From assembly GCA_051382335.1 (NCBI GenBank), contig JBBCAX010000174.1:1-33640 (forward strand): a DNA stretch of 33,640 nt, read 5' to 3'. Origin of the DNA: Deltaproteobacteria bacterium TL4 (GTDB lineage: Bacteria > SAR324 > NAC60-12). The notes under the pieces were generated by a model, which saw nothing but the letters and a program-made list of their open reading frames with translations, searched no databases and was not told the DNA's origin. The first letter of the stretch is position 1. Each line of letters opens with the position of its first letter. The translations under genes were made by a program, and so were the position numbers. Shown here one piece after another: positions 17,807 to 25,795 of the stretch.

Positions 17807-19444
17807 CTAAACCTGGACTTGAATCAATTTATCACCAAGATACTCAGAAATTCCCAAGGCAAGGGAATTAAGCAGTTTTTGTTCTTTTTCGTCTTTCTTG
17901 ATGAAACTATCATAGATTTCAAGCATCCCATACAAATTGGCTTCCTTGACGGTCAGGGAACTGATTTTATCAAGATCCTGTTGTTTTAATCCATCTTTTA
18001 ATGACAGTTCAATCAAGCCTGCAGGTCTTATGCTTCCGTTAGAATAACATGCGACAGCAACCGATTTTCCTGTAACATAGTTTGCGGTGGGTACGGTGGC
18101 AATCTGTTCTGCCCAAGCCGCATAACCTTTGGTCGCCTGGAGCGCTGCGACAAGTCCTGACTGCATCAGAGGCAAATAAGTAATTTGCCAAAATCCGCCA
18201 AAGCAACGGTACGCACGGGCAAACGCTACTACCATAAAGGTGGTGAATAAGCCTGGGATGATTTTTTTGTTTCGTAAGCCTTCAATCAGTTTTTCTGGTG
18301 TGAAGGGAAATTTGAATTCATGCCTGGAATCATCCATGCCCTTAAGGAACAGATCGCCCTGTTCCTTGACCAATACCAGATGGATTCTTCTGCCTTTTGC
18401 ATCAATTCCCCAAAAGAAGACTGTTCCGCTTTTTTCCAACAGGGCTTGTCTTTCTTTTTCAGATAACGCTGAATTCAGCAAGGCCTTCAATTTGCTGATA
18501 TTCCAGCAAAGGCCCTCTTTTTGATCCACAATATCCAGCAATTGGGTTCTTAGATCCGGATCAAAGAAAATTCGGTAAGCCAAAGAATCCTGGTTTCGAA
18601 GATCCTCCTCCAAAAGCATTCCCACAATTTTTTCCATTTCAAGGTACACCATTTCAGGCATCAAGGCGCGGACAGGATTGGAAAACAAACGCTTCCATAA
18701 TCGATGATTCAAGATAACCGACTGATCCGAGTAACTGTCTTGAGTTAAAACATCATTGCTAAGGTATTCTTCATTCAGGATATGGTTTAAAACATGAGCT
18801 TCCTGCGCGGAAATGTCTTGTTGCCTGGATAAGTATTTAACTCTGGAAAGCGCGTGTTGAACCATGTCTCGGTCAAAAGGTGCGGCAGTACAGACTAAGG
18901 TGTGTTTGTTTTTATCAGGATAAACATTAATTTTGAGAGAACTGCCAAACGTGTCAGCAAGATCCTTGTTTTCTTTTTTACGGGATAAAATAATGCCTTT
19001 AGGATAACTTGGATTGTTCAAAGAAATAGAACCATAGGCAAAAACCGGAATCACCCGATTTTGTAAAGTAGAGTAACCAGCGTTTGAAACTTCCGCTAAA
19101 GAATAAATTAAATCACTTTGCACAAAAAGTGAGAGAAAGTTGGGACCATGATGATTGGCTGTTAAAATTGAGGGCGTCGTCTCCAGTCGTTTTTTAAGTG
19201 CGTCTGATGTTTGTTCTCCAAGCAAACGTTTCGCATAGACACAAGCAACCCTAATTAAATCATCCCTTGGTTGAACGGGTAGTGCTGTGTTATGACTAAA
19301 GGTCTGAATATATTCACCTAAGGTAAGATGCCCATATTCATTCAGAATTTTAGAAACTCCCGGAAGATGGTTTTCCACAGTAGTGAGTACTTTTTGAATA
19401 GGCGAATGATTGCTGAAAATACCACGTTCCGTTGACATAGACAT
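17807..19444 (-). CDS. Hypothetical protein (545 aa), first gene of the adenylation operon
   Basis: Long ORF 4 bp upstream of the A-domain gene. No signal peptide or obvious TM segment. Conserved-looking motifs ILTANHHGP, SGTVFFWG and GGFWQITYL. No family recognised. Confidence 0.8.
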   Translation of the reverse strand: MSMSTERGIFSNHSPIQKVLTTVENHLPGVSKILNEYGHLTLGEYIQTFSHNTALPVQPRDDLIRVACVYAKRLLGEQTSDALKKRLETTPSILTANHHGPNFLSLFVQSDLIYSLAEVSNAGYSTLQNRVIPVFAYGSISLNNPSYPKGIILSRKKENKDLADTFGSSLKINVYPDKNKHTLVCTAAPFDRDMVQHALSRVKYLSRQQDISAQEAHVLNHILNEEYLSNDVLTQDSYSDQSVILNHRLWKRLFSNPVRALMPEMVYLEMEKIVGMLLEEDLRNQDSLAYRIFFDPDLRTQLLDIVDQKEGLCWNISKLKALLNSALSEKERQALLEKSGTVFFWGIDAKGRRIHLVLVKEQGDLFLKGMDDSRHEFKFPFTPEKLIEGLRNKKIIPGLFTTFMVVAFARAYRCFGGFWQITYLPLMQSGLVAALQATKGYAAWAEQIATVPTANYVTGKSVAVACYSNGSIRPAGLIELSLKDGLKQQDLDKISSLTVKEANLYGMLEIYDSFIKKDEKEQKLLNSLALGISEYLGDKLIQVQV

Positions 19445-19549
19445 ATAAACGTTACAACATTGAAGCCACTACCCGAAAAAGCAGGACCAAAGTAAGAGAC
19501 AATAACTCCCCCGAGGATACGCATTAATAAGAGAAACTCAAATCAAATT

Positions 19550-19572
19550 TGGGAAGTCCAGTAGACTTCCCA
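19550..19572 (-). terminator. Possible terminator hairpin after the channel gene
   Basis: 9-bp stem TGGGAAGTC/GACTTCCCA with a 5-nt loop, 20 nt past the stop codon. The U-tract is poor. Confidence 0.4.
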
Positions 19573-19592
19573 GGGAACACACGAAAAACGGC

Positions 19593-22500
19593 TTACGCGT
19601 TATCAATTTGTTTCAAAATAAAACTTTTGATATTTTGTAAATCCTGCTTTGCGATACGTGCTTTACGATCTCCTTGCGGACTGCTCAAAACTTCGCAGAG
19701 AGCATTGACGACACCCAGATCATTTTTTAAATAGCCTGAAATCAAGTCTTGTGGAATTTCCAGAACCTTCGTGTTCGTATCGGCAACCGCGGTTTCAGTT
19801 CGGACTTCTCCGGTCAACATCGACATTTCTCCAAAGGCGCTGCCTGCCCCCAAACGGCTGACTTCAACCGATTCGCCATTCTCCAACTCCACTGAAAACA
19901 CGATGATCCCTTCCTGAATGATGAACATGGAATTTCCCATCTCTCCCTGTTTGAATAAAAACTCGCCGGCTTTGATGAATCGGGACTTCAATTGTTGTCC
20001 TAAGGCTTGTTTCTGAGTGTCAGAAAATGGATTGAATAACGCAACTTCATTCAACAGGTTTTGAGGGCTGGTTCCCATCAACTCAGGTTCTTTTCCGGGT
20101 TGATGGAAATAAACATCGGAGCGCTTCGTCGCAAATTTAATACCGGCTCTTCTAAAAGAATGCCACACTTTCCCCCATGCGACATTTTTCAAATAATTAC
20201 TGCGGGCGTAATTTCTTGAGGAAAAGATTAAATAATACTTTGCGGACCATTCATTGATTTCAGCAAGGACAGCCACGGGACGAGGTACTTTTAAAATGTC
20301 AGGCTCTTCCGCCGAATCCAAAATAGCATCCAACAAGATTTTCTTAACATAAAGGGGATCTTCCGCGGGATCGACGTAGATTGTGATCAAGGCAGAATAC
20401 AGGTCCTCAGGAAAATTAAAATTCAAGATCACCGCACCCGAAGCGAGACCGTTAGGAATACACATCATACATCCGCTTCGATCAATCACACGAATGGAGC
20501 GCCAGGTCATTTCGATGACACGTCCCTCTTTACTGCCTGCGATCTGAATCCAGTCTCCCACCCGGAAGGGGCGTTCGATATTCAGGACAATGCCACTGAA
20601 TAAATTTGAAATATTGGCCTGAATGGCCAAACCGATAATCATCACTAATAAGCCGGAAGACGCAAGTACACTGGTTAATTGCTGGTTGAACACAAAAGCG
20701 ATAACGCCAAAGATCGCCAGTAAGTAGATAATGAACTTCGTGGAGTTGCGAACCACACTGGGAACTTTTAACGCCGTTCTTTTTTCAAGAGGAACCCACA
20801 AGAAGTGCTCCACGAATTGATTGATAAAAAAGGCCGGCACGATCCACCACAGTATATCAAAAATCATGATTAAGCGGCTACTGTCAAAATCTGCCATGTT
20901 TTTTGACAAGGTTTTGGCCAAGCCTATTTCCGCGGCAAAAAGCATTAGCGAGATCAGCACAATATTCAACAACCATATTTTTCGTGAGATTGCGTCAATC
21001 GCTGGTTTTTTCTGCGCAAGTAATAACCTTAGCACTTTTGCTGTGGGTAACAGCGAAAGTGCGTAATCGAGTTTTTTCATTTTATTCGGAAAAAGTGTAA
21101 CTACCAGCAGCAGAACACAGATGCCAAAAATAGTGTTTGCGAGGTTCGACGGAATCAGACCTCTCAGGGTAAAGCCACTCCTTTTGATGACGATCCCTAC
21201 ATTAATCTGTGAATAATTGACGATCCCATTTTGGACATTGATGAAATTAGGATTTCCTAAAATGGCTTTAGTCGCCATGTTTTGGAAATACCAGGCTTCA
21301 CGAATATTCCAGCCCGTCGTAGGACTCAAGACCTGCATCGAATTAAGTTTGGTTGCCAAACTGACGTCATTCATCAACCCCATTCCCAAGACATCTCCTA
21401 CAAAAACCAGAGAATTACGCGTGCGTCTTCGGTGGTGCCAACTCAAGGACAGGATATGCTCTCCCAACCCGCGGTTGGTAGCCAGGATATCCATCTTAAA
21501 ATTCCCCTTGACGTGATAAAGCTTATAATGGAAGCCTCTGCTCAGTTGTTCAATGACAGGGTCTTTGAGTTGAATCGATTCTAAAGCATTTGAAAATTCG
21601 ATATCCTGAACATTGATATCATCTCGATAACGGAACCAAATATGAAAATCCATAGAAAAGCTGAGATTGTTGAAATCAATATTATCTATTTTGCTAACTT
21701 CAATTCCGGAATAAACAATGTTGGTACGATAAAGAGGAATATCATCCATAAATACAATCCGTTTTGATTTGATGGCCTCTTCCAGGTTCGGAATCTCACT
21801 CAAGACCTGGGTACTTTGCAATTGGACATAGGAGGAGACAATATTGTTATTTTTAAACACTCCAAGAGCGATGGGTTTTAAGGTATCACCTTTTTCGTCA
21901 AAATAGGTGAGTCCTGTTAGCCCCATGATTCCATCAGCGGGTTGAATCAAGTTCGCCAGGAAATCCCTGATTCGTTTGCGATCTTCAACCAGGTTTGCGG
22001 CTTCCCCTGTGATACCGGTTCGTTTGATGGCTTCAATTAAAATCAGGGCACATTCATAAGAGTAAACGGAACGCCAATCGGGAGATTCATTGAAAAGAGC
22101 CTCGTATTCTACAATAAACGCTCTCAGTTCCTCGCCTGCTGTATCAAAAATGAGAGGAGAAGTGATGTAGATATCATTAGTATAGAATCCCGGATAATTT
22201 CTTTCACGGGGAAATCCAACGAAAAAGTCATTGAAGGCTTTGGAGGCCATTGCCGAAGGAACAATGAATCTAATATCCTGAGTTTTATCACGAAAACGCT
22301 GGATCAACATGGCCGCCTCTTTGGCATGTGTCGCAAGAAAGATAATACCTGGCTCTTTGATGGCGAGGATTTCTGAAACAACCTGATCCAGATTTTTTGC
22401 CAAGTCTTTATGCGCGACCTCAAACTCTCTGCTAACTTGTATTTTGCCTCCGAGACTTTGGAAATGTTCCTCAAAAACCTCAGCCAAGCCACGACCATAA

Positions 22501-23435
22501 CTCAGATCCTCATGAATCACGATGGCCTTGTTAAATTCAAGAACCTTACTCGTAAAATTTGCTATAAAACGTCCTTCTTGAAGATCATTGGAAATAGTTC
22601 GGAAATACCAACTGTTGTCTTTGGTTACATCAACATGCGTTGAAGTTGGAGTGATCGCGGGAATGCCTCGTTGTCTGTAGATCTTCCCCGCACTGAGGGA
22701 GGGATCACTGAAATTGTGGCCAATCACCGCAACAGCGACACTGTGTTCCACAACATCAACGGCCTTTTCTTGAGCGAGTTGTTTATCATTTTGATCATCA
22801 AACACCTTTAAAATAACCCTCTTTCCGTTGATCCCTCCCTCTCTGTTGACTTTATTAAGGTATAATTGCGCCCCCTGCATCATGGCCCTTCCATTGGCTT
22901 TCGAATCTCCAGTCAGCGGCCCAACCAACGCCAAGCGAAAGGCCTGCTCTTGAAGCTGAAAATAATAATAGAAGCCGCCTCCCACCGCAGATCCGAGGCA
23001 GATCAAGATAAACCAAAACCACCTGAGCAATTTTTTCTGTTGTTTGCGCAAGGCGTCTGTGGTTTTTTTCTCAACGACTTGCTGCGCGATTTCTATCCCT
23101 TCCTCTAAGGTCTCTACTTTTTTAAAATTTGTGAAAATTCCTGAGATGTTTTTCTGTTCATCAAGATGTAACGGATAAACAATGATCGGTTGGTCATCAA
23201 ACCAGATCAGTAATTCCAGCATCTCTCCAATCAGGCGTGGAGTTTCGTCATGCACCAGATGGGTATTGGAAAAATTAATCACGATTTTATCAGGGGTTTC
23301 TTCTTCAAAAGCCTTGGTCCAACTCTCCGTGTCAAACTCGGGTTCCGGTGTTGGCTGATTCAAAACATTCACAATAAAAATACGATACAGTTCGTTGGTT
23401 TGTTTATGAAATTTTTTTGTGATTTTATTATACAT
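19593..23435 (-). CDS. Multidomain MscS-family channel: STAS-like + TM + LIV-type periplasmic binding domain + pLGIC-like extracellular domain + MscS + cNMP-binding domain
   Basis: PBP1: LALVGPLTG, GGINGKRV, DDQND, WYFRT. pLGIC-like: VYSGIEVSKIDNID...FSMDFHIWFRY...YSQINVGIVIKR. MscS: GLAIQANISNLFSGI...ERPFRVGDWI, TWRS, IPN. CNBD: GEFLFKQGE, LGAGSAFGEMSMLTGEVRT. Confidence 0.9.
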   Translation of the reverse strand: MYNKITKKFHKQTNELYRIFIVNVLNQPTPEPEFDTESWTKAFEEETPDKIVINFSNTHLVHDETPRLIGEMLELLIWFDDQPIIVYPLHLDEQKNISGIFTNFKKVETLEEGIEIAQQVVEKKTTDALRKQQKKLLRWFWFILICLGSAVGGGFYYYFQLQEQAFRLALVGPLTGDSKANGRAMMQGAQLYLNKVNREGGINGKRVILKVFDDQNDKQLAQEKAVDVVEHSVAVAVIGHNFSDPSLSAGKIYRQRGIPAITPTSTHVDVTKDNSWYFRTISNDLQEGRFIANFTSKVLEFNKAIVIHEDLSYGRGLAEVFEEHFQSLGGKIQVSREFEVAHKDLAKNLDQVVSEILAIKEPGIIFLATHAKEAAMLIQRFRDKTQDIRFIVPSAMASKAFNDFFVGFPRERNYPGFYTNDIYITSPLIFDTAGEELRAFIVEYEALFNESPDWRSVYSYECALILIEAIKRTGITGEAANLVEDRKRIRDFLANLIQPADGIMGLTGLTYFDEKGDTLKPIALGVFKNNNIVSSYVQLQSTQVLSEIPNLEEAIKSKRIVFMDDIPLYRTNIVYSGIEVSKIDNIDFNNLSFSMDFHIWFRYRDDINVQDIEFSNALESIQLKDPVIEQLSRGFHYKLYHVKGNFKMDILATNRGLGEHILSLSWHHRRRTRNSLVFVGDVLGMGLMNDVSLATKLNSMQVLSPTTGWNIREAWYFQNMATKAILGNPNFINVQNGIVNYSQINVGIVIKRSGFTLRGLIPSNLANTIFGICVLLLVVTLFPNKMKKLDYALSLLPTAKVLRLLLAQKKPAIDAISRKIWLLNIVLISLMLFAAEIGLAKTLSKNMADFDSSRLIMIFDILWWIVPAFFINQFVEHFLWVPLEKRTALKVPSVVRNSTKFIIYLLAIFGVIAFVFNQQLTSVLASSGLLVMIIGLAIQANISNLFSGIVLNIERPFRVGDWIQIAGSKEGRVIEMTWRSIRVIDRSGCMMCIPNGLASGAVILNFNFPEDLYSALITIYVDPAEDPLYVKKILLDAILDSAEEPDILKVPRPVAVLAEINEWSAKYYLIFSSRNYARSNYLKNVAWGKVWHSFRRAGIKFATKRSDVYFHQPGKEPELMGTSPQNLLNEVALFNPFSDTQKQALGQQLKSRFIKAGEFLFKQGEMGNSMFIIQEGIIVFSVELENGESVEVSRLGAGSAFGEMSMLTGEVRTETAVADTNTKVLEIPQDLISGYLKNDLGVVNALCEVLSSPQGDRKARIAKQDLQNIKSFILKQIDNA

Positions 23436-23491
23436 AATCGTTCATCAGATGAAGAGGGTTAAATGATAGAAGATTGATCTGAAATCACTTC

Positions 23492-25756
23492 TTAAGCCGA
23501 GGGCTTATCCTTACGTTTGAAAAAAAATCTGGCTACAGACACCCAGCGATGTTGTTTTTTTAAGGCCAGGTTTACATGTTCTTGAGAAACGTGTCCCTGT
23601 TCCACCAGTGTTTCACCGATAGGTTTTGGATTTCGCTGTTCCGCTAGTGCTTTCCATAAAACATCCCTGTCGATCAGTCCCTGATCTACCAAGATTTGTC
23701 CAATAGGTTGCTTCTGTTTTTTGATCCATTTGTCTATGTCTCCCTGCTGAACCAGACCTTGTTCCACTAACAAGACCTCCACAGGAGTTTCCTTAAACAG
23801 GAGCGCTTTCTTTAAGGCACTTCGGGTCAGCAATCCTTGATCTATTAACAGTTGTCCCGTTTTTCTGTTTTGAAGATCCAAGGCTCCTTGGAGAACGTCC
23901 GGGTCCAACTCACCTTGTTTGACCAGGATTTGGCCTATCTTGGGAATAGTAATCCTGAATTTGCTCAGTTTTGTGTTTAAGTACCCTTGAGCAGGACTCA
24001 TAAATACCCCCATCACCACTGAAAAAAATATTTTGAAAAAGACAATTCCGGAAGCAAAGGTCGCAATCAACGAATACAGACCCACCTGGGTATTGAAATA
24101 GCTAAAAATGACGGCAACTACAATTCCGGATAATTTATTGGAGACTTTATCTGAAACCCCCAAGCCTCGCAATATGCCAGCAATGACCACCAAAAGAGAT
24201 AAAAATCCAAGCTGAGCAACATAAAAATACCAACTTTCATACCAGGGAGGTTTTATTTTAAAAGAAAAATCGCTCACTCGACTTATTCGGCCATCAGCCT
24301 TTTTTGCCCGGACATGAAAGACATAATCGCCCCAGTACAAGTTAGTAAATTCTCTGTAGGTACGATCGGACCATTTAGACCACTCGGTATCAAACCCATC
24401 CAGGTATGTTTGAAATTGAACGGGTTCCTTAACATCATAGTAAGTTGACGTAAATATAAACCGCAGCGCATTATCTGCAAAAGCAAGTTTTTGGTAGGTC
24501 AACTCCGATTCTTCCACAGATTGGATACCACCCCGTTTTTTAAATAAGGCTCCCGAAAAAATCAACGTATCATCCTTTGATCTTTCAACTCGACGGATTA
24601 AAACGTTAAATAAACGATCGGTACTTTCGAAATTGATGGTCCTGATATTAAATTTCTGTAATTGACTCGCGGTAATGAGCGCAATCCCGTGACTCAAACT
24701 AAACCATAAATTTCCGTTATAATCGTTATAGACATGGAACGCATCATGATTGTTTAAAAGTTCCGCTTTCTTGAAATGAAAGAGGATCTCCCCGTTATGA
24801 TCGATAATGAAGGTTCCTTTTTGGATCGTGTTGAGTAAAAATTGATTTTCATTCAAGGCAAGGCTGCTCGCCACAACGATACTTTTATAAAACTCAAGAT
24901 TTCTATAAGCGATTGGGGTAAAATCCCCCCTGGCTGAAAGGGACGGACCTTCCGGTGGCATTTTCTCTAAAAGCACAGAAGGATCTAAAAGTTCTGCTTT
25001 TTGTCCTAAAAAATACTCTTCAAATTTTGTACTTTCCTGTTGTTGTTTTTTTTCTGTAGGAGAACCGGGATCATAAACCCAGAGTCCGTTACTGCGCGTA
25101 ATGATCAACAGTTTATAATCACCGTAAGGCAGCATTTGATAGGCCCTGAAAAAATCACCACCTGGAATGGATTCTAACTCGTTATTCACCAGTTTGACCA
25201 GTCCTCGTTCTCCCTCAAACAGATACAGATCCCGTTTGTTGTAGACTGACTCATAAAAATACGTTTGAGTTTCGATTGTATTAAAATATTGATCAATCAC
25301 ATTATAAATAAAAACACGTTTTTCAGTAAGAAAAATGAGGCCATCCGCAATCACATAAATTTTTATAACTTCTTGAGTGAAATCCCGATCCCTTTCGGCA
25401 AGTTGAGGTTTCAAGGAGACATACTGCATCACGCCACGTTCATCGGGACTCAAATAGCCCAGTTCGCCTGTACCTCCTACATAAACACGTCCATCAACAT
25501 TGGTCGCAATGCTCCGGACTCCTGAATAATTAGGGAGCTTGATTAAATGCCAACTTTGTCCATCAAATTCAAGCACGCCATCCTGATTCGCGAAATACAT
25601 CACCCCCCGGAGATCCTGCGTCGCTTCACGGTTAAGAGGGGCGGCTTGATACATTGAGGGGGTAAAGAGCTGAACCTCAGGATTCGAATTTCCCTGTGCT
25701 GGTACTGTGGTACTAAAACCAAAGATCAGCAGCAGTAAATAAAGCAAAATATTCAT
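23492..25756 (-). CDS. Membrane sensor-like protein: beta-propeller repeats + Y_Y_Y domain + about 3 TM + MshEN-like repeats
   Basis: Signal peptide. QDLRGVMYFANQDGVLEFDG, GRVYVG, DYNGNLWF (regulator propeller). YLDGFDTEWSKW...FTNLYWGDYVFHVRA...IKPPWY (Y_Y_Y). C-terminal xIGxxLVxQGxx...LxxAL repeats. Confidence 0.88.
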   Translation of the reverse strand: MNILLYLLLLIFGFSTTVPAQGNSNPEVQLFTPSMYQAAPLNREATQDLRGVMYFANQDGVLEFDGQSWHLIKLPNYSGVRSIATNVDGRVYVGGTGELGYLSPDERGVMQYVSLKPQLAERDRDFTQEVIKIYVIADGLIFLTEKRVFIYNVIDQYFNTIETQTYFYESVYNKRDLYLFEGERGLVKLVNNELESIPGGDFFRAYQMLPYGDYKLLIITRSNGLWVYDPGSPTEKKQQQESTKFEEYFLGQKAELLDPSVLLEKMPPEGPSLSARGDFTPIAYRNLEFYKSIVVASSLALNENQFLLNTIQKGTFIIDHNGEILFHFKKAELLNNHDAFHVYNDYNGNLWFSLSHGIALITASQLQKFNIRTINFESTDRLFNVLIRRVERSKDDTLIFSGALFKKRGGIQSVEESELTYQKLAFADNALRFIFTSTYYDVKEPVQFQTYLDGFDTEWSKWSDRTYREFTNLYWGDYVFHVRAKKADGRISRVSDFSFKIKPPWYESWYFYVAQLGFLSLLVVIAGILRGLGVSDKVSNKLSGIVVAVIFSYFNTQVGLYSLIATFASGIVFFKIFFSVVMGVFMSPAQGYLNTKLSKFRITIPKIGQILVKQGELDPDVLQGALDLQNRKTGQLLIDQGLLTRSALKKALLFKETPVEVLLVEQGLVQQGDIDKWIKKQKQPIGQILVDQGLIDRDVLWKALAEQRNPKPIGETLVEQGHVSQEHVNLALKKQHRWVSVARFFFKRKDKPSA

Positions 25757-25795
25757 GTTAGATTTTTTATACCTTTAGTTACCTTCGGTGTGACC

